From: Euglena gracilis
Taxonomy: Eukaryota
NCBI GenBank assembly: GCA_039621445.1
Contig: CP154954.1
Location: 47,657,847 to 47,721,846, forward strand
Length of the DNA: 64,000 bases
Direction: 5' to 3'
Position 1 is the stretch's first letter. Each line of letters opens with the position of its first letter. Both the position numbers and the translations under genes were made by a program. Of the stretch, positions 48,375-62,207 are shown piece after piece. The notes beneath the pieces were generated by a model, which did no database searches, was not told the origin of the DNA, and was given only the letters and a program-made list of their open reading frames with translations.

Positions 48375-51300
48375 AAACAGGGTGTATTTGAAAGATGGAT
48401 GTGCAACAAAGCGTCAACTTGGAAAGCTGTGCTGTCACAACTCCCGCTTCTTCTTGGAGTTCACAAGTGATTGTGACTTCCCAAGATTTGGGGGGTCCGC
48501 ACTTGGTTTTCTTAGCCGGAGGGGTCCAGCCAACTATTAACTTTTTTTTTCCAGCCACCAACTCCCAATCGTCCCCCCCCCCGTGGGGGTCCGCTGAAAT
48601 AAAGTTTGGACCAAAAGGAATTGACCTTTTTAAAAAGGGGGGCAAACGGGCTATTTTTTTGCGGGGTTTTGGGTTTTCGCCTCCAAACTTTGGCAGAATA
48701 TGCCAACCCGGCTCTATTTTGATGTTTTGGGGTACCGTGCTGGGACTAGCCAGCACGTTTCTTCTAGCCAGCACCTTTTGGACCCTTTAGCCCGCACCCT
48801 TTGGATGAGCTTAGAGATAGTCCTATTCCCTTGGTTTTTTTTTATTTTGCTCGGGATCTAGGTTATAGTCAGGGGTCGTTTTGATGGTTGGGTGATTTGT
48901 TTGGTAAATTTTTGCTCCTTTTCCTTTCAAAATGGAGTTTTATCGTGGAATGTCATCGGAATTTCACAAAACTTGCCCAAAATGGCATTTTTGGCCATTT
49001 TTGGCCAAAAAAGTGCGCTTGTGGTGAACTTCACCGGTGAAGTTCACCGTTGGGTTAGGCAGAGGCTGTATTTTAGTCGGGTGCCGACCCCACCCCGGAG
49101 GGGGGGGGGTGCCTGCCTGGGCAGGCACCCCAAGGCACTCCAAATCTGATCCCACGGGGGGGGGGGGCACACGGCCAAAAGTTCCCTAGCACAGACCCCG
49201 CGCCAAAGGCGCCGGGGAGCCAAAAATGGCCTATTTTCAAAGGAATGTGCCTCGGCACAGGCCGAAATCCGCCCCCCCAAGTGGGGGGTAGTGCCTGCCT
49301 AGGCAGGCACTCATAGACACTCCGGACCCCCCCTCCCCCCGTTGGTAAAAAACGGCCTGGTCCGGGCCCCCCCGGTGAACTTTCAAACGGTGAACTTCAC
49401 CTAGAGGGGAGGGGAGGGGGGTCCAAAATCCCAAAAGTCACCACTTGATCTCCAATGAAAACCGCGGATTATCACCATGACCCCGGCCCGGATCCCAGAA
49501 TTTTTTTTTCACTCACCAGCGACTGGCTCCTGAGTTTCCGAATCACCTCCGTTTGACCCCCAACTCCCCGCCAGGCCCGTTGGGTGGGATTCGCCAACCC
49601 CCCCCCCCAGTTTCGACTCTGCCATTTTGACAGGGTGAAGGGGGGTCACGGGGGTCATGGGGACGACCCCCCCCAAAATACACCCCCCCTCAAAGTGTCC
49701 CCCCCAAAGTGGCCAAAAGTTTTGGCTTTACCTCCCCCCCTCGATTACTTTGGCGCCAAAGGCGCATTTGACACCCCCCAAAGTGTCCCTCCCCAGAGTG
49801 GCCATTTTGGGGTCCCACGGTGCCTGGAGGGTGGCCACTTTGAGGGGGGGGGTGAGGGCAATCAGGTTTTGTGCAATTCTGAGCTCTTTATGTATGTGAT
49901 GGTGCCATGGAGCCCAGGTACACGGGGGGGGGACCCCCCTGTTCACTTCCGAACTGAACTGGACACGTTGACTTCCCGGAGGGGGGGGGAGGGGGGGAGG
50001 GGGGGTCCGGCGCCGAAGGTGCCGAAATTTTGCATGAAAAAGTGCCTTGATTGGTGTGTGCTGATCCTTCTGGTTTTTTGGTTTTTTCCAGACGTGAACA
50101 AGTGTTGTACACGGGGACCCGGGACCAGGTCAGCTGGGTTCCCCACCCCCCCAAAACCCCATAATCACCGGGGCCACTGCTGGTCAACACCCCCGAATAG
50201 CGAAATTCTGGCAATTTTTCGACATAAATCGGGGCGGGGGGGGGGGACGGTGTGATTTTCGGGCCAGATTGCCTCAATGCCAGGAAACGGGGGGTGCCAA
50301 AAAGTGCGACCAGCCCCCGGGACCAGGTCAGCTGGTTTCCCCACCCCCTAATCACTTCCGAAATGAACTGAACAAGGGGGAGGGGGGAGGGGGGGGGTCC
50401 GGGGTCCCGAAGTGGATTACTAGCCTCCCATGCAGCATCAGATGTTCCAGGTGTGTGAGGCGGTCGGCGGAGGTTCGGCAGCCCCCCCCCCCCCAGTGGT
50501 CGGACCCCTCGGCACGGCAAAATGGGGACCCACCCCCCTGGTCAGCCAACCCCCTCGGCACGGCATGCCGAACCATACCAATGAATTTTCCTTTGGGAAA
50601 TTCCGGCTGTCCGCCACGGTGGACCCCCCCCTCTGGGGGACTGACCCCCTCGGCACGGCAAAATGGGGATCCCCCCCCTGGTGGTCGAGGGTCCTCGTCA
50701 GACGTGCCGAACCTGCGGCCTGGTGGCCCGGCCCAGCCAAGCATGGCATGGTCGGCGGCCCGGCCCGGCCCGGTCCAACCCCGGCCCAGCCCGGCACACC
50801 CAAAATTCTCACGAGGAGGAGCCCAGGTCACCGCGGTGTAACCGCGGTGTAACCGTGGTGTAATCGCGGCGAGAACAAGACCAATATCCCCCCCAAAGGG
50901 GTGTTCCCCCCGCAAACATCCCGCGTCCCCCCGTGTCCCCCCTGCGGATTTTGGCCAGGCATGTTTTTTTGGTCGACCAAAGGATAATTACACACAAATT
51001 TGGGTGACGCCAGAGAAAACGTGTCGGGCAGTTGGGCCACGGTTCCCCCCCGCGTCCCCCTGCGTTCTGTACCACCCCCAAAATAAGACCCGGTTTTTTT
51101 TTTGGGTCCCTTGTTTGCTGACCCGGGCCTGAAAACATCATTTTCCAGGTTCTCAAAAGCACTAAAATTTTTCTTTCGGCATTCCGCGCCATGTGTAAAC
51201 TGGTTCAATTCATCTTTTGCCCTATATTTGGAACTCAATACCATGCCCCCCCCCTTTCTGTTTCCCCCCCTTACTGTTCCCATTGGGGGGACGGGAACAG

Positions 51301-54300
51301 TACAGTGTCACAGCACTCTTTGTAAAGGATTCTTGGAATGCAAGGCAAAATGGGATTTTTGGGTTGGTTTTAGGTGCTCTCAATCCCACCAAAATCCAAC
51401 CCAATGCCAAAATGGATGTTGTGGAGGTGCAATTCAAGCATGCAAACCAAAAAAGCTTCATTTTGGCTTTTAGGTGGCCTTTTGGGTCTAACTTGGTTTG
51501 TTGGTTCATGGCCCATGGGAACAGTAAGGGGGCGGGGTGCTCGTCCCCCCCCCCCTTACTCCCCCCTTGCTGTTCCCATGGACCCAAAAGGGGGCCACAG
51601 GGCGGGAACAGTAAGGGGGGGGCATGGTATCCCAAAATTTTTGAAATTTCATTTATTGAACTTGTTTAAAAAATGAAATTTCAAATTTTTTTGGTAATTT
51701 TTCAGGGAAAAAAATTCACCATCTCTGCCGCTTTGTGCCGTCATTGGGGGGACTTGTTTTTGGATTTGCTTGATATGGGCCGCGATCCACGGGGGTCTTA
51801 TTTTGAGGGGGTCTTGTTTTTTGGGGGGTCTTATTTTGGGAGGTCACCCATTTTGCCAACCCCCCCGGGGGGTCTGACCCCCTCGGCAAGGCAAAATGGG
51901 AAGCACCTCCTGGGTGGCCGAGGGTCCTCATCGGACATGCCAAACCTCATACACATACATTTACCACCCAAACACTCAATCAGGGGGGTCAAATAAGGGG
52001 GGTAGTGGTTGGTTGACAGGTGGAATCCAAACCAAGATCATCGTGCAAAAGCGATTTTTGAACTCTGCCTCGGCTACCTTGCAAGGCATCTTGCCCACGT
52101 AACCGCGGTGATAACCGCAGTGTGGGCTCCTCCTGAAAAAGGCAAGTTTTTACCCCCAGTTTTAAATTGATAATTTTATGCAAACCGTGTCCAGGGGCTC
52201 TGGCTTCATGCCCGAACCGGCGTCCTTGGACGCCGGTTCGGGTGTGAAATTGGGGGGGGGGTTTGGGGTGATGATTTCCTTTTGGCCAATTTTGGGGAAT
52301 TTTTAAGGACATCTGCTGAAAGCCCTGGAGAAGAGCTTTCGATCAAGGGGCAACATGGCAGGTGAAACAGTGGAATTCGAATTCGAAAACAGGGTCGGAA
52401 CATGCGATCGCCAATTTTCAGAGCGCTGTGCAGTGTGGCTGAGTTCTGTGGGTACCAGGCGAAAGTTCTTGGGGAGAGCATTCAATTGATATGCTATATG
52501 GTGCCTGAACTTTGGGATTTGACAAATTAAGATGTCAATTTTGGAATGCACGATCGCTGAAAATATCAGCTCTATGCGTTATGGCTGAACTTGTGGCCAT
52601 CTGTCGAAAGCCCTTGAGAAGAGCTTTCAATTGATAGGTAAACCCCTCCCCCCATTTAAACCGACCTGTCGGTTTAGGACGTTTGGGTTGGCAGAAATCC
52701 TGGAGGGGGTTGGTTTAGACGGGGGGGTCGGTTTCAGGGCACACGGCTGGCTGACGGCTGGCCGACGCCGTGACGGAAGCGGGTTGATGTTAGCAAGGCA
52801 ATTTCGATTTGGAATGCAAATGCCCAATTTGGTCGGCCAATTCCTAACTTTGAGTGACAAATGCCCAATTTGGGATGGAAATTCTTAATTTTCGGGGGCA
52901 AATGCTGAATTTTGGGTGTAATATCCAATTTTTGGTGGCAAAATGCATAGTTTTGGGTGCAAATTTCAAATTTTAGGTTGCAAATGCCTAATTTTGTAAT
53001 TTTTGGGTGCCAACTCCAAATTTTCGGAGGAAAATGCCCAATTTGAGGTGCAAACTCCAAAATTTGGAATAAAATGCCTAATTTTGGGCGTAAAATCCTA
53101 ATTTTGGGTCATCAATATTAACCATTCAATGAGCATGGACGCTCTTTCTGTTGGCGGCTTCCATTATGTTGTGCAGGTTTGTCATCCAACTTGCCATGGG
53201 TCGATTTATTTCTTTTGTTGGTTGAAATTCTGCAATGGGTCGGTTTGGAAGGGTAGGTTGGTTTAGAAGGGGGGTCGGTTTTAATGGGGGGGGGGGTTTA
53301 ACATGGCTTCAGAAGTGTGAAACCTGCCAATTTCTATCACGACCAATTACGACCAAAATAACCCAAAAGTATCCCAAACATGGGTATTTGGGGCGAAATT
53401 GGCCGTGATTCCTTGGACGTCGGTTTGGGTGTGAAGCCGGAGCCCCCAAGACAAGAAACTTTTTTTCTTCAAGAAACTGTGTCCAGGACGCCGGTTCGGG
53501 CGTGAAGCCAGTGCCTGGGACGCCCGAACCGGCGTGCTTGGCACCGGCTTCATGCTCGAACTGGCGTCCTGGACACAGTTTTCAATATAGAAAATATGGC
53601 ATTTTTTTAGGGCTTTAGTTTTGGACATTTCCTTTGATTTTGCTTCATCTCCGAAATATTTTGGAAACATCGATTTTTTGACCCCGAAAACTGCCCGAAA
53701 TTGGGTCAAAACTGCCCGAAAAATTGCCGTAACTCGGGCCACACAAAGAGTTGAGGGGAAAGTAAATCATGGTTGGATAGGGTATTCCAAGGGCTTCATT
53801 TTTGCTCTCCGGACATTTTTTTTGAAAAATGTATTTTTTTCACCAAAAAAGGGCCCCAAAACACCCCAAAATGGCTGTTTTGGGCCACAAAATCGTTCCA
53901 GAGCACGGGCCAGGTGTGTCGGCATCCTAAACGGCGAACGGGGGGCGATAGAGGGCCTCCAGGGGCACATTTGGTCAGAGACACTTCCGGAGATAATGTA
54001 CGTTTTCTTGAGATAAACCCCCCAATTAGAAGCCCCCCCCCCCCTTGGGTTTACCGCCAAAAATCCAAATCCCCCCAGCCAATCCGGCTGACAAAATTGA
54101 CGAAAAATGTTCCGAAAAATAGTGAAAAACTGGACAAATCTCTGCGAAAACAGGTCGACATCAGGAACAAAATTGATAGCTGGTATCCTTGAAACACGGC
54201 CCATCCACCCAAAACTCAAAGAAAGTGAGCCTTGCACATCTTTGAAATTTGAGCCCGTTCGATCCCCGGATTGGCCGCCGGCCGAAGGTTTTCCTTTAGA

Positions 54301-55404
54301 CAAAGGGTACCCAATTAGAAACCCCCACCCTCGGGGTTTCCGCAGAGTGAATAGTAGCCTCGGGGGGCTTCTAATTGGGGGGGGGGTTATTTTGGAAAAT
54401 TTGAACCCTGCCCAGAAAATTCCTCGGTCTGTGGAGAAATTTGAGGCGTGACCATCTTTTTTTTGTGCCCCGCGCTGTCTTTGGTCCTCATCTCCCCCGT
54501 GACCCCCCCATGGCCCCCGTGACCCGGCCCACCCCTTTAAGTTAGAGCTGGCATTTTGTATTTCTTATTTTGAAAATACACAGCTTTTTTGAAATAAACT
54601 TTTCAACTCGGCGTCACCGTCTCCTTGCATCTCACCCAAAATACCTTGAATGCCCAGGAAACATTTTGCAAGAAAACATGCGAGATTGTCGGTGTGGTTT
54701 TACACCCAAAATTCTCATGAAAAAAGCAAGTTTTTCCCCCCCGATTTTAAATTGACATTTTTGTTAAGATTTTTTTTTGAAAAATTGGGTGTAAAAAAGC
54801 AGGTCAATTTGCTGAAAAGCATGTTTTTTTAAAACCTATTTCCAGGGCCCGACACCTGTCTTGAAAATCGACTGACATAAACGGGCAAGGGTGCCGTTCA
54901 TGTTTGATGGTTTTCAAGACAGGCACCCGTTCATGTCAAACGGGTTTCAAGACAGGCGCCCGTTCGTTTCGAACGGTTTTCAAGATAGGTACTGTTGGGA
55001 AAAACAGTTTTCAGAGGGGTGCCGTTTTTTTTTGATGAAAACCACAAAAAAGCGTCAAAAAAATCCATCGTACGGGATCTTTATCGTTGAACGTTGCTCA
55101 AGACACGCGTGCGGGCCCTGCAAAATAGGTTTTTGACAAATCGACCGCACTCACGGTTTTAGCAGGGGCGCCGGGCAGGCGCCCCTGACCATCAGTGGCA
55201 GTTGATTTTTGCTTTAATATAATACAAAAAACAAAAAAAGAAAGAAAAAGAAGGGGTGACACATCAACCGTGTCACCCCTATGACTTCCCGTGACCCAGA
55301 GCGCAGGTTATTCTTAAACCACAAGGATGATTTCCCCAAGTCGTCACTTTTATTTGAAAGTCAGGAGTTCACCAAAATGATCTGCATAAGTCATCCCTGA
55401 TGAT
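48375..55404 (+). other. Nonconventional intron 1, 7030 nt, filled with nested repeats
   Basis: tc|aaaCAGggtg ... catccCTGatgat|gacc. CAG at +4..+6, CTG at -8..-6, Y|R at both junctions, and the join is in frame. Confidence 0.8.
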
Positions 55405-55483
55405 GACCACCAGCAGCGGAAATCTCATGGGGTTTGCACGGTTTAACAGCATTGAGCAAGCGGAGCAGTGTGCCGCATATTTG
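55405..55483 (+). CDS. RRM protein exon 2
   Basis: TTSSGNLMGFARFNSIEQAEQCAAYL has RNP1 (MGFARF) and helix 2. The 3' boundary is uncertain by 1-3 nt. Confidence 0.85.
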
Positions 55484-58400
55484 GGCGTGGAATCTCTTTG
55501 TGATCCAACCATCAATTTTGATTTGCCATTTCTTTTTGGATTCTTCTTCGGTTACATTTTTTTTGCGGAGGTTTCAAGTGTGATAATTTCAGGGGGTGCA
55601 GTCCCCGTGGTGCCCCACTGTGACCCGCAAATTGGGCCTCAGCAGGTTGAGGAAATAATTTCCAAAATGACTTAGAAAGGCCCTTTTTGAGCCACTGCCC
55701 GTTTTTTTTTGGTTCCCGAAAGAGGCCATCCCCCCCTGTAACCCCCCCCCCCACGGTGACCCGCTCCACCCCCTCAAGGCAAGAATACGTTTTCACTAAA
55801 TGCTGTTTTTTCTAAAGAGAACACAACTCCTCGTTTGTTCATGGGGAAATTGTATTTACAGCCAGGACCATCACAAGTTGGCAAACCCAAAGCAGCCAGT
55901 GAAAGTTGCCCCCCCCCTACCATTCCCGTTCCAGGCTCTTCACGGCCCAATAGAGACTTGGCAGGGGGGTGCACCACAGTGTGTGCCGTTTGGGGGGTCT
56001 GGCCAGGGCGGCGCCTTTGCCACTGGCCAATTTTTTGCCATTTATTTTGAAAATGTGTGAAAAATTCATTCTATAATTTTTCAGGTCGGGAAACAACTTT
56101 TCAACAAAAAAATGTTGGTCCAGCTCTCCCTTTTTTTCAGGCAAAAGTGGGGGGAATTCACCCACTCACCCTCCCATTCCCCCCCCCCCCCTACCCACCC
56201 ATTCACTCCCTCCCCCCCCTGCACACAATTTTTCCGAAGACCCCCACCGCCTGTGTAATTTTTGTTGATTTCCTTTTGGAACCCTGGTACGCTTGCAGAT
56301 GAAGACACCAAAGGGGTCTTTATTGCTCCCACCGGACCCTGAGAAAACGTTTCTCAGTTGGATAAAAATCAAACAAAACCTGATTTATGGACAGCAAAAT
56401 GGTTTATGCCAACAATGGACCCACTTTTTCAGAAGCAAACCGTTGTCAAATGCTGTTTTTTTATAGCTAACCTTGAGTATATTTTGCCCCAAACCCAAGT
56501 GTTTTCGCCGCCCGTCCTCAGAATTTTCGCTGGTCTGTCCAAATATTTCCGCCCCGCGTGCAATCATTTCCGCCCCTGTTCCATTCTTTTTTGCCACAAA
56601 GTTTTTCACTTTCGCCCCTGCCAGGTTAATTTTCGCCACTCTGAAAAATTCTTTTTTCTTGTTTTCTCTTTCCTTTTCCAGCCATGATGTCCAGTCAAAA
56701 TGTTTCTGGTTCCTGAGCCAGAGGTAGGTTGAGAGTGCACCACAATTTGCTGAATGCCAGGGGGTTTTTTTTAATCTTGGACCCCTGGGGGGGAGGGGGG
56801 GGCAGGGTAGGTGCGTCCGGCCCAGCCTGCCCCCCTGGGCCTGGGGGGATATACTTGCCGGCCACAAAGGATCCGAGAATTTTTTGAAAAGGTGCTATTT
56901 TCAGCATTTTTCGTGATTTTTTGGCCATTTTCGGGGAACGAGAGTGGGTCCCCCCGGGACCCCCCCCCAGGGGGTGGGTGGTTGGGGGGAACCCCCCCCT
57001 CCCAGTGCTGTGGACCTTCTTGGCCATCTGGGCCAACTTTTTTTTATACTTTTTTGGCAAGTTGAGGTCATTTCAAGCCATCTTTTGACATTTTTTGGGG
57101 CCGCTTTTTCTTTTTTTAAGTCACTTTTTGGTCTTTTTTTGGCCCAAAATGGCCAAATAAATGTCCCAAGGGTCCCAGGCACTTCCTGAAAGTTTTCTAA
57201 ATCCTCAAAATAGTCTCAAGAAAAGTGCGCATCATACCCTCCCACCCAAAGTGGCCACCCTCTAGGCGCCGTTGGACCCCAAAATGGTCGCACTGGGGGG
57301 GACAGTTTGTGGGGGGCAGGCTTTTTTTGTCTGGTGCCTACCCCACGGGGGGGGGTGCTGGGTGCTGGGGGGGTCAATTTTGTTTGGCCTTCGGCACTTT
57401 TGGTGCCGAAGGAAAAACGTCACTTTGGGGGGATAAACCAAAATTTGCCAATAATTTTTTTGTCCATTTTGGCCGGGGGGGGGTGAGCTTTTTGAGGGGA
57501 GGGGTGAGGGTAAGCGGATTTTTTTGCATATTTTTTCACACATTCGCGCATTTTTGCACTTGTTCCATGCCCTTTTCATGAACGTTTGATGCATTTGCAG
57601 CAACAGTGCATTAAACCCTCCGGTGTGTTATTTGGGCACCCGAACTGGGGCCCAGGGGGGTGTGTTATTTGGGGGGGGGTGTTATTTTTACATGGAAAAC
57701 CAAAGGAAAACAGGGGGGGTGTTATTTGGGCGCTCGAAATCGGCCCCCGAGAGGGGGTGGTGTTATTTGGGGGGTTTTAAGGTGTGCCCCGTTCAACTGC
57801 CAAGGGTACCGGGAGTAACGGGCAGGTGTGGTGAAAATGACGAGGATCAATGGCAAAGTAAACCAGATCAAGTTTGCGAAAATGTATGGAACTGCGGCAA
57901 AAATTCTTTGGAGGACTGGCTAAAGTCGTGGGGTTGGGTGGCGAAAGGTTCCTGGCCAGGGGGGGGGGGGCGGAAATTTTTAAGGTAAGGTATAACAAAT
58001 GAAACACATTTCAATGCCTTTTTTTTGGACAACGAAACATTGTATGTCAGGCAACTTTTTGCGCTCACCACCTCTGCTCTGATTTGCATTGCTTCCCACC
58101 GTTTTCCCTTGAGAAGGTTTGTTTCCAACTGCCACAGGCGGTGGTCCTCTTTTGCCGTGTTTCGCTTCAGGCCCGTCCTCGAATGCCATTTGATGATCTC
58201 AGAGAGATGTACGCCCCAGCCGTGTGGTTTCAGAGTGAGGTAAGGGCGGGGGGGGAGATGACGTCGGCAGAGGCAGGCCCACTGGGAGCCAAAAAAATCG
58301 GCGTCGTGGCCGCAATTTAAGAAATGCCTCGGATGCTTTTTTGCGCATGTGCGCATTCGCCGACGTTTTCCTCATGCGATGAAGCACTGCCGGCACAGTT

Positions 58401-61400
58401 GGGATTTGGGGTGCCCATCACTGAGTAATTTTCTCAGGCACTGAAGTCCCTTTCTCATCCGTTTCCCCAAGGTGTGGCGCAGTGGGATGTGCAGAAAAAG
58501 CAGAATGGAAAAATTGCTGGGTTTAGCTGTAACATTTTTTCTGATGTGTCTGTGCCTGACTCACTGTTTCAGGGGCCCGGAGAAACTTTGGGGCAAGGAC
58601 TGACCAATGTTTTCGCTTCTTTGAACCCAATTGGATTGTGAAATAATTCTATTTTTTCGGACGGTTTTTGGGAGTGGTGCCAAAGTGCTGACAGGTATGT
58701 TTCGCTCTCCGGTTCCAACGCAGTGAACACCGTGTGTGTGGAATCAGACACGATCCCCAGCGTTGGCCCTGGTCGCGGTGCACAGTGCTCCTGGCACCGT
58801 GCGCCGCAGCGCAACATGAGGTTGTTCAGGGGACATGTTGGCTGTGTGCTGCATTGTATGCTCTTGGCTTGGGGTTGGACAATGCTGGTTGCAACTGGCC
58901 AATCACCTCCGCAGGGTGGGGGACATGGTGCATGTGAGTTGTGACGTGCTCTACACGTTCATGAGAGCAGCACAAGGGCTGGGCACTGGACAGCGGTGGG
59001 TGACCTGGAGTATGCAGGTGTGCATTCCGATGACTTGAACTGCAGGGGGGTAGTTTCCTATTACTGAAGGACATGAATGTGTGTGAGATGCCTGCCGTCG
59101 CTGAGCTCAGGGTTTCCCACACCATTACAGGTGTTGTGTCATGGCCTGTCAGAGCGACACTCCTGCCCCCCCTCCCACCCTTCTGATTGTGATTCTCCCA
59201 CCCCTCCCCTGCTCTCCAAGAACAAACAAGGTCCTTTTGTAAGTGCAAGGCACAGTTTTTCAATGGTACACACACAAATGAACCCTGTTGTGTACAGGTA
59301 GACGCCTGATAAATGCTGTTGTGCACTGGTGAAAGCTCTTTGTGCATGGGTCCAAAAAAACAAACCAACACTGCGGCTCACAGACCAACAGAGTTGAAAA
59401 ACCCCTCAAGGCGCCTTAAAAAAAATTGAATTTGAAACCGGAAAACAAAAATATTTGGAAAAACTTTCTGTCAAAAAGAATAAAGACTGGGTCATATTTC
59501 GACAATGATTACAACATAGATTGCTATGAGAAAAAGAAATGAAAGAGGCCCATGCGGTCAGCAATGTGGTGTGGTGAGGGTGGTGGCCTCGGCGCGGAAA
59601 TGGTCACCTGAGTCCTCAGGTGGTCAAAAGTCAGGATTCCAAATTTTCTGGGGGGCCCGCCTCAGGAGCATCCACAACGTTGGGGAGGGAATTGGGAATA
59701 TAATTGGGGGTAGTCCTCAGATGGCCGGGAATGTAGTTTTTTTTGTTGAAAATGCGCATCTGCGCATTCCGAATAGTTCTGTGCCTCTTCCAGGCTGGGT
59801 GAAAACACCTCAAAACTGAGCTGCTTTTGTTTCATGTGACCACAAGACCCACTCTCTCATTTTCTGGTTTAGCTGTGTGCCATGCCGTTTGTAGCTGATT
59901 TGTGACGACTGCGGTACAGTGCACGGCTGGAGAAACATTTGGAACGCTCTTCATGGCGGGTGACGGAGGCCAGTCTCGACCTGGTTTTATCACCGTGCGT
60001 TCACCGATGCGTGCTGAGGGTTCCTGGCGGCAGGGCCAGAGCGTGGGAAGGAATTTTCTGCAGCCATAGAGACACAGCCCTCCCAGGGGGAGTGCAACAG
60101 AGTCCCACGTCCAGAAAGTGCGGACCTGCGCATTTTTTGGAACCCCAAGAAAATGCGCAGGTGAGCAGCTTTGGAATGGACACAGGCTGTGCACAGGGAG
60201 AATGCATTGATGTTGAAGGACACACTGGGAAACACCGTTGTTTGCCTGCCTTGGATCCAAGGCATGGACTGGGGGAGGTGGGGAGGGGAAGGGGGTGCCG
60301 GCCTCCCAGAGCATGGTTACCAGGGAGCCTGGTGACCTGGAGCCTCTCTGTGGCGCTCCTCCAGGAAGCCAAATGTATTTTTTATTTTCGTTGCGGACCC
60401 CCCTGAGGGCAGTTTCACTGAAAAAAATAATAACCCATTTTGGGACACAAACTGAAGAAACTGCTTCCATTGCTTGGCTTCAATTTCACAAATTTTTATT
60501 TAAATAATACAATCAATTACCAGTGTTTCTTGTTCACAAGAAAAGTTTCTGGGAGGAACTCTCTGAGTGAATGACAACTCAATGAAAATGAGAAAGGGTC
60601 GCTGTTCGACCTGCCTTGGAAAAAGACGGTGCCACATAAATGAGGAGAATTTTGCAACCCCTCGACTTTTGTGGGTGGGAACTCAACCCCAAGCCCCAAA
60701 GCCTATGTGAGTCCATGGGCTGTGGTGATGGTGTGTGCACACTAGCACGGCCCTGCCCCACGCAGCAGCACCCCAGCCAGGGCTTTGGGCAAAACTGAGG
60801 CCACTTGTGTGAAAGCAAAATGTTTCTATTTGTGAGCAAGGGGGCGAGGTGGTCAATCCTGGGGTGGGTGGCGTTTGGTCCCAGCTTTGGACAACGCATG
60901 CTGAACCCCTGTCAACGCTGGCTGTGGAGGCAGTGACTTGGTCAAGGTGACCAAATTGGGCTAAAATGGTGAAAAATGGCTCAAGTCAGCCAAAGCCCAC
61001 CCACCTCAGTATTGACGACCTCGCCTCCTTGACTGGGCAGCGGCTTGAGTGGAAAGCAAAGAAGGACACAAATGGAAACATTTTGCTCTCACACAAGTGG
61101 CCTCAGATGTGTCCAAAGCCGTGTGGCAGAGCTGGCTGGGATGCTGCTGCGTGGGGCATGGCCGTGCAAGTGTGCACACACCATCACCACAGCCCATGGG
61201 CAAACATAGGCTTTGGGGCTTGGGGTTGAGTGTCCGCGCACAAAACTCGTTTGGCACATTTATTTCGTTTTACATAGATTTTCATGGTATTAGTTGAACA
61301 CAGGTTCCACACTTTTTTTTGCCTGCACCCATTACCTCATCTATTGTCATTTATCTTTGTTTTATTACTGCACCCGGCGACCGAATTTTTCTCGTTTCAC

Positions 61401-61797
61401 ACCATGTGGTTTTGCACTTCCGGCCATTTTTTTTGCCCTTTATCTCAAAAATGTTTGCACTTTATCTCAAAACTGTTTGCACCTTTTCCCAAGAATATTT
61501 GCTTCCGTTCCGAAAATTTTTGCACTTGGATAGGTCGTTTCGCATTATCGCCCTTTGAAACTTCAACCGGAGTGGAGTGTCTCTTTTTCCATTGCGCAGT
61601 GTGAGGCTTTTTTATTGTGCAAAATAACACGACGGAGGGCAATTTTTTTGAGGGCTGGGCAAGAATCTTGACAGGTTGGGGCAAATGTTTTTGCCAGCCA
61701 TGGACAAACATTTCAGATGCCAGGTGTAGTTGTTTTTAGAGGAGAGGGAGGTTCAGGGTTTGATGTGTCATCAGCGGCTGGAAGAGGTTTCATTGCC
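55484..61797 (+). other. Nonconventional intron 2, about 6.3 kb
   Basis: 5' ggcgtggaatctctt pairs with 3' aagaggtttcattgcc using G-U pairs. No GT-AG. The exact register is ambiguous (YLNG, YLDG or YLGNG). Confidence 0.7.
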
Positions 61798-61817
61798 AAT
61801 GGCCGGATTGTGGACCC
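61798..61817 (+). CDS. RRM protein exon 3 (20-nt micro-exon)
   Basis: aat ggc cgg att gtg gac cc = NGRIVDP, the expected LNG...DP segment. Both flanks pair with the distant intron ends. Confidence 0.75.
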
Positions 61818-62207
61818 ATCTGAGCACTTCCTGTATTTATGGTTGCAAGTCGCTTAGAAGTATTTTACTTAAGTGTACACCCCCACCCAGACCCACACCC
61901 ACAGCACCCCCCCCTCCCCCCATATGGCCTTCATTCCAACTTCCCCCCTGGGCGTTGGGAAGGGGTGGTCGGATCCCACCTGCACAGCCTCTTAAATGAG
62001 ATCACACAAATTTTTTTTCTGAGTTGCATGCTGGAGATCACAAGAACAATCGCATTCCCCGCCACCTCCCCATACCCGCCCGCCCATCTATCCATTCACA
62101 CCCACACACGCACACGTTGGCCCACCTGCCCGCCCACCCATGCGTACCGCGTGCAACAACCCTGGGAGCCTGCTTGCGAGATTGTCGCCCGGAGGTGCTT
62201 TGGCCCC
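61818..62207 (+). other. Nonconventional intron 3, 390 nt
   Basis: cc|atctgagcacttcc ... ggaggtgctttggcccc|agca. Paired ends, Y|R junctions, in-frame join D-P-A-S. Confidence 0.78.

Noticed and set aside
48259-48540. 93-aa ORF as a complete gene
   Set aside because: RRM similarity stops at residue 39, and the rest reads into an intron. The domain continues at 55405, 61798 and 62208.
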